DNA of 64,000 bases from positions 87,109,165-87,173,164 of the forward strand of contig JASCQW010000072.1 in assembly GCA_030264375.1 (NCBI GenBank). Direction: 5' to 3'. The position numbers and the translations under genes were made by a program. The notes below the pieces were generated by a model. The model was not told the DNA's origin. It made no database searches and saw nothing but the letters and a program-made list of their open reading frames with translations. Positions 37,681 to 51,259 of the stretch are shown piece after piece (positions within the stretch are counted from its first letter, which is position 1; every line of letters begins with the position of its first letter). Origin of the DNA: Carcharhinus longimanus (taxonomy: Eukaryota).

Positions 37681-40514
37681 ATGAAAACACATTGACATGA
37701 TAATAGACCAGTGAAACCTTGTGACAGCTGGGATGTCTGTTCGTCAGAGCGAGTCATGGTTTTTCTTCTCATATTATTTCAACTCCATGAAATTTATAAT
37801 CTACTCTTACCAATGGCTAAACAGCATAGAGGACTGAAGCAATGAGGGAAGCTGACAAGACAATGTTCTATGAAGTCCCAATTGGTTTGGTAAACTCATT
37901 TCATTAGTATGATAAAGTTGATTCCCAGGATTTCGGAGCCTTAAAATTGAGCAGGCATTGCAGATCCTGGTGTAACTAGTTGGACTTTCACCTAATATTT
38001 TTCTGTTGTGCCTAGAGAAACTGAACTATAACCTACATTCTTGCCCGCTGAAGTCTCCTCGCTTCTTGAAAGGCCACATCGTCAGATGTTATTTTAGGGT
38101 TGTGTAATGCACAATTCACACAAGTACACCACAACATACTGGATATACAATATGTTAAAAAAGGAAGAGCATTAATCCATGAGGTTAAAGTACATGTTTG
38201 AATGTACAGCTTTTACAACCGTATAATTGCTGGGACGTTTTGAGGAAGCAGCTTTTTGTGACATGTTATGGTGCAAATGTCATAAAGGCCAATGTGTTGC
38301 TCAATCTAGAGAGATCAAATTCTCTAGTTCAAAATTAATGACCTGAGCAATCTGTGCAATGATTTACATCATAAGAATTCTTTCATGTTGCAGTCAGACC
38401 TTTGAATGCCACGTTGTTTGAAATTTGGTGTTAATGTTTAGGCGGTGCCATCTTCCAGCAAATATTTAATAGTTGCTTTGATATCTAACAGCCACACCAT
38501 CTATTGCCAATGTGAAAATAGCCACTTCACTTGAAAAGCACATTTTGAGAGGTGTGTTTAGAGATTTTGCAGAGATATAAGCTGTTACAGACAGGAGGGT
38601 CTTAATTTAAAACAGCCCTGATTTCTCCATTCACTAATTGTCCATAAACAGAAAGAAGTTTTTGATTTCCTCCCCTTTATAAGTGATGACACATTCCCTC
38701 AATGCTCCAGTTTTGGAATGATGCAATCCTTTATTCATAAACTCCACAGCAAATTCAAAATAAAGTGAAATAAGACGGTTGGATTATTTTAAACACACAA
38801 AAAAAATCGGAAGATGTTATGCAACATCCGCCCCTCATACAATAAAACAGGGATAAGGGAAAGAGGTTCAGGTCAAAGAGCACCATAAAAATAAGAATTA
38901 TGGTTTCATACAAGTCCAGAGTCTAATAAGTCAATGTCCAATGAAAGTACTTTCAGGTAACTTTGTTTGGAAGAAATCCTGTTCTTGGTCTAGGAACTCA
39001 ATTGTAGGTTAAGTCTATTGAAGATGCAACCAAGTATTTTTGATCTTGGAAATTAGCTCATTCTATAGACAAAATATAGAGTTCTTTCTGGAAATCAGAC
39101 TTGGAAAGAGGTGGAGGTCAAAGGTAGGCTGTTAACTTAGAGTCTACTTCTCTTTGGAGATTAAACTACAACTAAAGATAAAACTCAAAGCTTGAGCAAT
39201 TCAAATAGTTCAAGTTTCAATCATGTGACTGGGTGGCTTCAAGTAAAGCTACTCAGTTAACCACACACCGGGTCAAAACCCAATGGCCAGGTCTTCCAGT
39301 GCAAAGGAATACTGAAAAGAAGTTGAATCCTTGGATGTGGATACTTGGTAAAGGCAACTAAGAGCGAGTGTTACTTGGTTCAAGATTCCAAGTGTGTTGT
39401 TTGAGAATGGAGTTTGGAAATCCTTGTGTGGAATTCAGAGTTCCAATGAAACCTGTTGGCTGGCAGTATAACAAGCATCTGGGGGATTTGATGAGAAATC
39501 GACAGAAGTTATTTTGGGTGGCATTTATTAATTGGCTTTGGAGTTTGGTGTGTTTGACCACATTTCACCTCTTGGTGTACATGGGCTGTGTACTTAGGGA
39601 AAACATCAGAGTATAAGATTTAAGAAGGGTTGCAGTCACTTCAGAAGATGTTTGAATGTTTTTTCACCAATGACAGTGGCCGTAGCACGAGGGGCAACTT
39701 CCATTTTCAGGGGATGGCTGTTAACTATTAAAACAATCTCAATGGGAGGTATCTTGCTCAGTTGGACCTGACTGATTGTGCAAGTCTTGGCCCCTTCCTT
39801 CAATTCCTTACCAGCTTATTCACAAGGGCTGTATTCATCATTTCATTTTTTTTTGGATTGCCTGTGGAACCTGCTTTGCTCTACACCTCGATTGCAAGTG
39901 GCCCTTCTTCTTGCATCTGAAACAGATAAAACTCTTGCAACGGCATATCTCTTGGGTGTGGTCTCCCCAACACCAAGAACATGCCTTGGATCCAAATGCT
40001 AACTCAATTTTCTGAGGCTCTGCTGCACCCCCACTGGGTCACTTCATTCTGCACACGTCGCTGCTCACACACGCCTTGCTCAGTGCACTCAGTTGCTTGG
40101 GCCATCTTTACCCCTTTTTCTAATAAAATCTTGGAGTAATCACTCTCCTCTCCCACTAACACTGCAATGTGGGCTTTCAATGACTGATCCAGTTTGTCCT
40201 TGTCACCAATGTAGTAACTTGAGGCAACTTAGTGTGGCAGGTAACAACCTAAAAGATTTATTGACAGAAGAACTACGTACAGCTAGGGTTTAGCAGCACA
40301 ACTGTACAGGCCTACTCCCGACAATGCCCTGACTGCAACTGAAGCCTTCTAGCCCAAGGAATGCACACCCTCACTCAGATTGGCCCAGGTTTGCGCACTC
40401 GTGCTCATGCTTCATTGGTTCCAACCCAGTGATGGGGCCTGTGAAGGATCGCCCTTCACTATCCGTGAAGGATAGTGAAGAAATTAGAAAATATAGATAT
40501 ACAAAATAACCTGG

Positions 40515-40820
40515 TATCATAGAATCCCTGCAGTGCAGAAGGAGGCCATTTGGCCCATCAAGTCTGCACCAACTCTCTAAGTGTCTTATCAGTGTCCCCA
40601 TCCCCATACATTTACCATGGCTAATCCATCTAATATCCATATTTTGGGACACTAAGGGGCAACTTAGTGTGGTCAATCCACCTAAGCTGCACATCTTTGG
40701 ACTATGGGAAGAAACGAGAGCACCCAGATGAAACCCACACAGACACAGGGAGAACATGCAAACTCCACATCGATAATAACTCAAGGCCAGAATTGAATCC
40801 AGGTCCCAGGCACCATGAGG
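40515..40820 (-). mobile_element. HE1/V-SINE-like SINE
   Basis: Near full length, with a CR1-like tail. Confidence 0.85.
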
Positions 40821-42520
40821 CACCTTGTCCTTATCCATAAATCATTGAAGGCTAGCGTGAAGATGCAGCAAGCTGTTGGGAATGCAAGAGGATTTGAGTA
40901 CAGGATTGATTTGTATTGGAGCTTGGTTAGACCACATCTGAGGAGTAGCTGTGCAGTTTTGATTCCCTTACCTGAGAGATATTATTGCCATAGAGGGAGA
41001 GCATCAAAGATTCACCAGACATGTTCTGGGGATGGCAGAATTGTCTTACAAACACATTAGACAAACTGGGCTTGTATACTTTAGAGATTTGAAGAATGAG
41101 GTGTAATCTTATTGAAATCTACAAAATATTTAAAGACAGTTGTTGCAGCTAAGATGTTTTCCTTGATTGGAGAGTCTAGAACCATGGGACACAAATTCAA
41201 AATCAAGGGGATGCTGCTTAGGACCAAGATGAAGGGAAATTTCTTTACACAGAGGGTTATGAATGTTTGGAATTCTCTGCCAGAGTGCAGTGTAAGCTCA
41301 GTCATTGTGTATGTTTAAAGCAGAGAGATATAGATTACTATTTAACATTTAAGGGTTATGGAGATAGTGAGTGCAGTCATGATCAAATCAAATGGTGGAG
41401 CAGACTTGACAGGCTGAATGGCCTACTCTTGTTCCTATGGAAGCATTGTGAACTGTGAGGAGGGTAGTATAGAAATTGGAAGGGACATAGACAAGTTGGT
41501 GCAATGGGCGGACAGGTGGCAGATGAAATTCAATGCAGAACATGTGGAATGATACATTTTGGTAGGAAGAACATGGAGAGTACAGAACAAAGCACAACAC
41601 TAAAAGAGGTGCAGGGGCAGAGGGACCTGGATGTGTACATACATAAATTATTGAATGAAGTTATTGTGAAAATCCCCTAGTCATCACATTCTGACACTTG
41701 TTTGGGTATGCTGAAGAGAATTTAGCATGGTCAATGCATTTAACGTCTTTTGGACTGTGGGAGGAAACTGGAACATCTGGGGGAAACCCACACAGACAGA
41801 GAGAATGTGCAGACTCCGCACGGACAGTGACCCAAGATGGGAATTGAACCTGGGTCTCTGGTGCTGTGTGGCTAACCACTGTGCCATCGTGCTGCCTGAA
41901 AGCTCAGTATCCTGGGCTTCATTAATGGAGGCATGCTATACAAGAGAAAGGAGGTTATGTTTAATTTACGTAAGTCTCTAGTCCAGCCTTAGTTGGAGTA
42001 TTACATCCAGTTCTGGGTGCCACACTTTAAGAAAGTTTAGAGAGGGTACAGCAAAGATTCACGAGAATGGCTCCAGGAATAAGGAACTTCAGCTACATTG
42101 ATAGATCGGATAAGTTAGGACCGTTTTTCTGGGAGAAGAGAAGACTGAGGGGAGATTTGACAGGTTTCAAAATCATAAGAGGTCTGGACAGAACGGATAG
42201 GGAGAAACTGTTCCCAGCTAAGATCAAGAACAGGAAGACATAGATTTATGTAGTTAGTACAAGAAGCAAAATGGTGATGAAGAGATTCTTTTTCACACAA
42301 GTAGTTATGATCTGAAATGTACTGCCCAAGAGTGTGGTAGAGACAGTATCAATTGAAGCATTTAAAAGAGAAGTAGATTGTTATTTGAAAAGGATGGACA
42401 TGCAGTTATGGGGAGTAAGCAGGGGATTGATATTATATGGAGTTGTTCAGAGAGCTGGTACAGACAATGGGCTAAATGGTCACCTTCTGTGCCCTACAAT
42501 TCCATGATTCTATGATTACT
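40820..42520 (+). mobile_element. Two CR1 3' fragments; the second is interrupted by a SINE
   Basis: LVRPHL, FFTQRVMNVWNSLP and WQMKFNA motifs. 3' ends at ~41440 and ~42515. Confidence 0.82.
41660..41897 (-). mobile_element. V-SINE-like SINE with an alternative tail, nested in CR1
   Basis: Head GGCAGCACGATGGCACAGTGGTTAG on the minus strand. Confidence 0.85.
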
Positions 42521-42579
42521 TTATTACCCTTATTATCTGCACCACCATTGTCGTGATTTATACCCTGTCCAACTTACCA

Positions 42580-43160
42580 CAACTGTTTGCTGGCCAATAA
42601 ACAACTCCCACCAATGTTTACTGCTTCTTACTGTTCCTGAGCTCCATCCAAACTGATTCTATATCTTGATCTTTCAATCTAAAATCTCCATTCAATAATA
42701 CACTGATTTCTTCCCTTATGAATGGCAGTACCTCACCTCCTTCTCCTTTCGGCCTATTCTTCTTAATATTGAAGATCGCTGGATTTTCAGCTCCCAGTCT
42801 TGGTCACCATGTAGCCATGTCCTCAGTGAGAACTAAGTCATAGCTGTTTACTTCAATTTGTGCCTTTCAATCATTTACCTTGCCGTGAATGCTGCGTGCA
42901 TTCAGATAGTGTGCCCTTAACTTTGTCTTTATGGCATTATTTCACATTTTGATACTACTTGATGCTGGCTTTTTCTTCCTCTACCTTCTAACTTCATTTA
43001 CTAGTTTTCCAGTTCCCGATACTAGTCATGTTTCTCTCCACCCTGAGCTCCTTCTCTTCTGCCATTCCTCTGCCAAGCTACTTTAAATTCTCCCCAACAG
43101 CATTAGCAAATCTCCCTGCCAGGATATTAGTACCAGTCCTGCTAGTGCCCACGCCATCCA
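42580..43160 (-). mobile_element. CR1 5' region/endonuclease fragment
   Basis: The reverse strand shows YLNARSI, LTE.WL and GGEVL endonuclease-like motifs. Confidence 0.6.
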
Positions 43161-43587
43161 TTGCAGCATATAAATAGCACAGGAATCATACTGCATAACT
43201 AGAAAAAATAGAAGTGGGTACAACAGGCAGAAGTGAGGAGGGTAGAAATAGTTCAGAATAGTCAAGGAGCAGAAAGGAAATTGATAAGCAACCTGAAGAA
43301 AATCAAAGACAGCATTTCAGATCCCAAGCACTCACTGATTAAAAACATATTTTCCCCAGATAGCTCCTGCTTCTTTTGACAATCATTTTAAATTAGTGCC
43401 CTCTAGTTCTCAGTCCTTCTGCCAAAGCAGGTTGTTCTTCTTTGATGTTTGAGACTCTTCGACAAGATTGAAGTGACTTTTTAAAAAAAACCTATACGAC
43501 ATTTTAAAATCCTGGCTATGACCATTTGACTTCATCTAACACCAAACGGATCACCAAGAAACAACCGTTTGAATTTTAAATGAAGCT

Positions 43588-43848
43588 TTAAAGACAAAAT
43601 TTTCCAATAACTCTGCAAACGCTAGCAGACTGTGTCAAATCATTCCGTTCCTTGCGATATTGCTCCATGATCTTTGGATCGATGCTGCTGAATGTCATAG
43701 GCTTCACCACCTCCTTCTGCACCAAGATGTTCATTTTTCTATGCACCCTACATTTATCCTTATTGGTAAGCTGGTGACACTTGGCCTCCAACTCACTGAG
43801 AAGTGTGTTGAAGTCTTCATCAGTAAACCTCTGATACCTCTTTCTCAT
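43588..43848 (-). pseudogene. Myb/SANT-like DNA-binding ORF remnant, Harbinger ORF2 type
   Basis: RKR..RFTDED...LL.E.....QL...EQYRKERNDL resembles Myb_DNA-bind_5/MSANTD-type domains. The conserved tryptophans are absent. Confidence 0.6.
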
Positions 43849-44534
43849 CTTCTCTTTGCACTGCCATCTTATTCTCTGTAAGCAATGTGATTTTTAGAAA
43901 ATTATTAATTGCACTTATTTGCTTTGTCTTTTTTAAAACAGAACAATATTTAAAATTTTTAGAAGTTTTTACAGGTTCATTAAATTATTTCAAAGGTTTC
44001 ACAAACTTTTGAAAATAATTTAAACAAAACTTTTAAGTAAGAGATCAGTAGAAAACACTACCTCACCTTTCATCTGCTGACTCACCTTAATGGGCATGTC
44101 TTCATGTCATCGCTTGGTATACCTTCACCAGGATTTGCTTCATTGGAAGGCCTCATCGTAGCTCATGTTGAGAGGTCACGCTGCAGGAGGAAGTTAAAAA
44201 GCTCGCCTGAGGTGACAGATGGGATAAATGCACATTTTATGGCTGATTTATCACTGATCCCTCTTGTTGCTTTATCGTGGCCTAGTGGTCAGGGAGTTGG
44301 TATTTTAGCAGATTAGGGCAGGGAACAATACTATTTGGGTACGTGCTTCTCAAGATGAATCCCCAGTCTCCACTGGATTCATCCTGGAATATAGTAAGAG
44401 TAAACTGACAGAATGGTAGCGGTGAAATGCAGCAATATGCCTTTCCAATTCTTTGCAATAGATTTTATACCAGTAAGAGTAATTCAACCCAGATAATAAA
44501 CTTTCCTGTTATATTTAATTTCTTCTATATAGAA

Positions 44535-44720
44535 CGTAGAATCCCAGTGGTGCAGGAGGAGGCCATTTGGCCCATCAAACTCGAAACAGGCCTGATCATT
44601 GTAACCCCACAGATTTACCCTGCTGATCCCCCTGACATTAAGGGGCAATTTCGCATGGTCAATCAACCTAGCCTGCACATCTTTGGACTGTGGGAGGAGC
44701 ATCTGGAGCAAACCCTCGCA
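44535..44720 (-). mobile_element. V-SINE-like SINE 3' part
   Basis: Same core and tail as the other copies. Confidence 0.78.
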
Positions 44721-44979
44721 GATATGGGTTCTTCTTGATGCCAGACTCACTCAACTGCTGCCTTGATATAAAAGGCAGGTAAGTCTTACCTCATCTCTTG
44801 AGCTCAGCTCTTGTTTATCCCACATTTGGATCAAGGCAGTAATGAGGTCAGCAATTGAGTGGCTCTGGCAGAATCCAAATTAAACACTGGGATGGTGCCA
44901 GAGAACTGGAGCATTGTAAATGTTACACTTTTGTTTGTATAATAGGGGAGAGAGAAACCAGGAAGTGACAGATCGATCA

Positions 44980-45105
44980 CCGGAGGAAACCCACACAAAC
45001 ATAAAGAGAACGTGCAAACTCCACACAGACAGTGACCCGATGCTGGAATTAAACCCTGGTCCCTGGCACTGAGAGGCAGCAGTGCCATCCACTGTGCCAA
45101 CCATA
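44980..45105 (-). mobile_element. V-SINE-like SINE 5' part
   Basis: tRNA-like head on the minus strand. Confidence 0.78.
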
Positions 45106-48100
45106 ATAATGAGGAATTCTGGAGCAACTTCATTTCTCAGTGAGAATGCTGCAACTGAAAATCAGTACAACATGCAGTGATTCAGGCAAATAGCTTAGAC
45201 GCACGTAGACGAGAGCAAGATAAGCAACACGGAGAAAGGAATGGAAGGATATGTTGACATGGTGTGTAGGGAAATCTGTGGAGCATATCCGCTGCCACAA
45301 ACCAATTGGGCCAAATGGCCTTTTTCGGCACTGTCAATTCTACATTACATCGTCAACATGGAGATACAGTTCAACTGGTTCTACAGTTATTCCTAGGATG
45401 TCTATGTTTTTTGTACACGAGTAAAGCAAAAATGATTATACAGGAACCTGCTGGAAAAATCTGGTCACAGTGTTGAAACTCTTAATCTTTTGGCATCTCT
45501 CCAATGCCCTTTTGCCTTTAATTCATCATCTTTTCTTTTCCAGGAGTTGGACTCGGCTTTAATCATGAGACCCGGACAAGCAATACTTATACTGCTATTT
45601 TGTCATAATTTATCTCATACTGACTCAGCCCTTCTGGATTTGTTTGAACAGTAATCACATGGAGATCAAGGCAATTTCAATTATGTTGGCATTTTTGTTG
45701 GCATATATCCAATGATCACCGCAAAGCTCAAAAATAAGTGGGAGAAAGCTTGTCACAAAGCTGTTTCAGATAATAAGTGTGAGAAACTGTTTTCTGTAAA
45801 GTCAAAACCTCTCTGTATCTAAACTACAGACACCAAAAATTTATTTGCCAAACTTTTAGCATGGCAGAAGTGCCAAATGAAAGGAATCCTCAGTTCAGCA
45901 ATGTGTTGGACAGGTCCTGGGGAGTATGGACATCTCATTGACCTACAAGAAAAACTCTTGTGAAAAACATTAAATATGAACCACACATTCAGCCCTAGGG
46001 TTACTACTTTCTTTTAAATTATCTTTGACAAATACTAGCAATTTAGGAATCAAGGTAAGTTGATCACATTATTCTGGATGGCCCAGGAATTCTATTTTCT
46101 ATTCTTTGCGTCATCTACATGATGTCTTTGATTATGCTTTTAAAAATATATTAACTTCATCACAATCTCCTTAAAAATCACCTTTTTAATTCTCTGCCCA
46201 AAGGCAGGTCTCATCTATAGTGCCACAACATTTGCTATGGATAGGGAAAGGAAACACGAATAGAGTGGAGGAAAGGGCCTGGGTAAGACACTGTCAGAAA
46301 GTCAGTGCAGACTTGGTGGACCAAATGGCCTCCTTCTGCACATTAGGAATTCTATGAGGTCCTGGAATCCACCCAAGCCTGAATGGCTTCAATTCTCTTT
46401 CCATCATTTGGCTGATCAACAATATATCCCACTGTTACCAGCTGATTTGGATGCTCATTGGAAGGATTACTAGATACTCAACTCGTTTGGCCGTATTATG
46501 AATGTGCACTCCTTGGCTATCAAAGCTTGGAGTGGGAACTTGTGGTTCAGAGGCAGAGACACTGCCCAGTGCACCAAAAAATAATCTTCACTTTACAAAT
46601 AGCTACCAGTATAGTTCCAATATTTTGGAGTAGGAATAAATACATTAAGTATCAATCCACGTAGCAAAGTAGAATATAAAATAGAATAGCTTTTTCCCTC
46701 CATGTTTAATATTCATATCTACATTCAATTAAAAGTTAGTTTAATTAGTTGGTGTCAGATACGCAAGGAAGGCTATGGCCATAATTACAAATCAAGATAC
46801 TGTGAATTTTACACAGGTAGATGTTCTGTTTTCCCAATTTGAAACATACAGTTCCGCCACCACCCTCCCCCCGAAAACTGCATGGGGATACACCCCGCTT
46901 ACCTAATTTCACAGGACTTTGCTTTAACTTTAGAGCAAGAGATCAGTTGGGTTGGAGCTATCTGACAGCAGGTATTATGAATGGGCAAGTAAATTATACC
47001 ATTGTCAACTCAGGCAGTGAGAGAGAAAGATCAGTTCATTTTCAGTTGTAAGGCTTAGGCTCCATAAAACTTGGCCCTGACTTCATCTGAGACCTTACAA
47101 TTGGAGGCTTACAATTTCCATTAATCAAAAGAACCAGGAGAGAAAATCCATCCAGGCCTGCTAAAGGAATGAAATTTAGACACATGATCTATTTCTTGTG
47201 TATTATTTTGCTAATAACCCTACGCATGCTTTTTACCTGTCTATCTGTATACCTGAGGGAGTGAGTTTGCTTCATTGAGTTTATATTTTGGGTAGTTCCT
47301 TCCTTTTTAAACTTACCTGAAAGTCTGCTTTGTGATTATTGAAGATCATAAATCAAAGGCTCAAAACACATTTTCTGGAGCACATCTGGTCAAGAGGTGA
47401 AGAGAACAGCTGAAAATTATCGTATCACCTCTCCTCATCTGTAAAGTAACTTACGAACTTGAAATGATGGAATGTGCATAGCAATTCATTCATCGGGATT
47501 GTCAAAGTTTTTCTTCGTTCAATGGTCTCTGCTTTCAAAATCCCCTCTACCTACTCCTGCATTGGGTAGATACCTTCACTATCGCACCAATTGCGAAGGT
47601 ATCGACATAATTAGCACAATGTCGTAGATCAGTTGGAACAATTTGTCCAGATGTTGATTCTTATAATGTTATGGACTGGATGATGTTTTTCTTTTTCATA
47701 AACTAAATAATGCAAACATACCATCACCTGACCCATCTGTGTCTATGTTCTGCTCATTATTATGTGATTTTCTAAACAGCAAGCAGAGCTGCCCTTGAGC
47801 CAGAGATGTACCACAGGATCACTTTTTGATTATCAAATGTTATAGGTTTGTTACACTGAATGCTAAGAAACAACACTGTGCTTTTTTACCTTTGTTGGCA
47901 CACTCCTGAAGTTGATCTAGGACATCATTCAACCTTACAATGTGCTCTTTCTCTGTCTTACTGCTAATTAGAATGTCATCTAAGAAACAGCACACTACTT
48001 CCATCCCATTTAATACCTAATCCACGAGAAAACAGTGGAAGCAGTAAACACCCTAAATGGTAATCATTCATACAGATGTAACCCTTTGTATGAATGGTAG

Positions 48101-50289
48101 CAGTTTTTTGTTCTCGTTAGTTAATACCAGTTACAAACATTTGACAAATCTATCTATCTCCCTGAGCAGCTATCAATTCCTAAATTAGAAAACAAATCTT
48201 CACCGATAAGCAATGGGTAATTATCAGTCACTTTGTTTATTGTTTGTTTATAATCTCCACAAATCCAAATGGATCCGTCTGTTTATTGCACAACCACAAA
48301 GGGTGCGGGTGGCTCATTCACTGCGCTTCACCTTCTTAATCACCCCCTGTTCTTTCTAATCTATTCAGCTCTTTACTTATTATGAATAAGGCACTGTTCT
48401 AGCCTTGGAAAATGTCAGCTGTATATTATCCTTTATCTTGACTTTGGCCTTGTGGTGCCTAATTTTATCATTTGGTCCTCCTTGCTCAAAGACCACTTTG
48501 TGCTCTCTGAGCACTTTCTCAGTGTCAGAATTACTGTTACTGATCTTGACCATACATAACTGTCCAACTTAACTGTATCTTCTTCAACCAAGTCCTTCCT
48601 GTCAGGAAGACTTTTTCCCCTCTCCCACTGCAAGAGGAAACATCACCATATTTCTAACGCTAACTTTTCCTAATACTAGAATACTGCTGTTGGATGGATA
48701 GTTTCACATCAGTTTTGCATAAGGAAACATGCCTAGAAATTTCTTATACTCTGCTTATGAGATAACAGTCATGGCTGCAGCTTTACCAATTATTAAAGCA
48801 CTTTGTAGATTTCCAACTTTCATTCTCAACGTGGATACTGGAATTATATCTTCAGGCCTATTACTTTCACACATGCTGTTTTCTTGCTCTCTGACAGAGC
48901 AAAATTTGTGATCTTCATGTGTGGTAACATCAACTTCTGTTTCCACAACTACCAGACATGCATTCAAGGATTTTCAGACTCTGAACTAGCTTTAGATTGA
49001 TCATGACATTAACCACAATCTGTTGCATGACTACAATCTAGAGCGTTATTGTTTGCTCTACTCCAGCAAGCCGAATGGATATAATGGACTTTCCCACATG
49101 CATAGCTTTTGGACTGGATATTTAAATAGTTGGTGGCTACCATGGCAACAGTGACATATAAACTTCTGATTTGGACAATGAATTTGGCTGCCGTGACCAA
49201 GATCTCATTGAAATCTGGTGGACATGCCCTGCCAGCTCAGGAACAGAACTCCCTTACAACTTGCATCTCTCCCTTTCTGCCACTTCCAAGGCTTTGGCCT
49301 TAACACAGGCCCCACTTATTGCATTTACTCAAAAGCTTAGCTCAGATCTCATTGTTCTTTCGGCCTCCTACAAACAGGTCTTTAAGGTTGATTTCTAAGT
49401 TTGCGCCATACAGTGAAGAGAGTGAATTTCTCCCATTTGAGAATTCAATCTGCAACGGTTTCATCTGGCAACTGTTCCTTTTGACAGAATGTAACTCAGT
49501 GCACTATCATTCTTGGTTGTGCTATAATACGAACCCAGAATCTCTAATTTTAGAAGAGTCCACAGACTGGCACCATCATCGTAAGGAAAACATTTACTTT
49601 ACCCTCATCTCTGGTTTTATTTGCTGTCAACTAAACAGGTATGCTTTGTTTATTATTCCTCCCAGTCCCCATTGTTAGGGTTGAATTCCCCCATTGTCCC
49701 AAATATGCCTTCAGTGCCAATTTTCAGTTGCATAGTGCTGACTTAGCATCTCTGAATACAACGTGTACATGGAACAAACTTTCACATTGCTCAGACTTCT
49801 TCAAAGTCAACTATAGATATTCCAAAATGTGTGCCTTCAGTCCTTAATTTTTTTAAATGAACAATAATTGCCATACTTCAAAGAAAAGATTAACAGCAGG
49901 CAGCCATTGAGCTAACTTTATTTACACCTCCCAAACAGAGGGGGCAGCAGATAGGTGAATAACAAAATGCTTAGACCTTGCAATACACTGCTAACCCATT
50001 CTGCTCCACTTTGTCTATCATCAAGGTGACGTGGATGTTTCTCCTGGTACGGATGGTGGGAGATGTTTGTGACACAGCGGAGCATAGCAAAAAAGAATAG
50101 ACTGATGTCATCTGCTACAGCGTGGAACGAGTCTGTTGCAACTTTGACAGCCATAGACTGTCAAGCTTATTTTGAGCTCAAATTGTGACTGTAGCAGATG
50201 AAGAAGTTGGATGGCAGTCAACTTTGGGAAGCAGGAGTGTCTGACACATTGCTTCACTGAGTTGAGGTAGGAGAAGACAAACTGTCATT

Positions 50290-50460
50290 CATTGAATCCT
50301 ACAGTACAGGAGGATACCATTTGGCCCATCGAGTCTACACTGATCACAATCCCACCTGGGCCATAATCCCCATAACCCCATGCATTTAATCTCGCTAGTC
50401 CCTCTGACTAAGGGGCAATTGAGTATGGGTAATCCACTTAACCCACTTAATCTTTGGACC
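50290..50460 (-). mobile_element. V-SINE-like SINE 3' part
   Basis: GAATCCTACAGTACAG..CCATTTGGCCCATCGAGTC tail. Confidence 0.72.
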
Positions 50461-51259
50461 TCATTATGGTTTCCTTAATTGTGCCTTCCTTCTCGCTTCA
50501 CTCAACAATCTTGCAGTGTTGCTTTGTAGTAGGGATGTTGTCCACAGATTTGGTGCACCTAGCACCTTCAGCTAATTCAATTCACCCCAAATGAAACCAA
50601 AAAATGGCTGAAGATTGCATGTGATTCTAGGCCAAGATGGATCATCCACTGACCATAAACTGGAGAAGACTCAAAAGCCAATGTGATGTTTAGCTTCCAT
50701 CTTTGTATGATTCTAAGCCCATTGGTCAGGTGTTCAGTGCAGACAATTAAAGGCTACTTACTGTTACGGTTGAAAATTTCCCTCAATTGGCAGCTGCTTT
50801 GCTCCTCTGGTTAGCACAAGATCAGAAAAGCAGCTGGAAATTGAACATTTTCAAGACTATTCCTTGTTGCTGTTTCACACAATGAAAGTGAAAGGACATC
50901 AACCTGTTTCCATAGATGCTGCTTGACTGTGGAATATTTCCAGCATTTTTTATTTTTATTACAGGTCACTACCATCTGCAGTATTTTGCTTTCATAGACA
51001 TAGAAGTAGCATGGGCACATGCAATTAGGATTAATGCTTATGTGGAAGACAAAATCATCATAGACTGGTTGGGCTGAAGGACATGTTTTACTTTTCTAAT
51101 TTCTATGCAGTTCTAGAAGATTGATGGGAGTTTCACTGACTTTAGTTTTAAAGACTTCCTGGACATCTCAGTTCAAAGCTAAACAAAGTGGCAACCATCA
51201 TTGGTAAAGGATGGAAGGGGTTGCTAAAAAGAAATATTTTCAAATACCCCATTGCTATT

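Noticed and set aside
45530-45660. Plus-strand acceptor TTTTCTTTTCCAG followed by short ORF MRPGQAILILLFCH
   Set aside because: Stops after ~29 codons, with no donor or partner exons identified.
49928-49950. CTCF-like motif ACAGAGGGGGCAGC
   Set aside because: The 5' half of the consensus is poorly matched.
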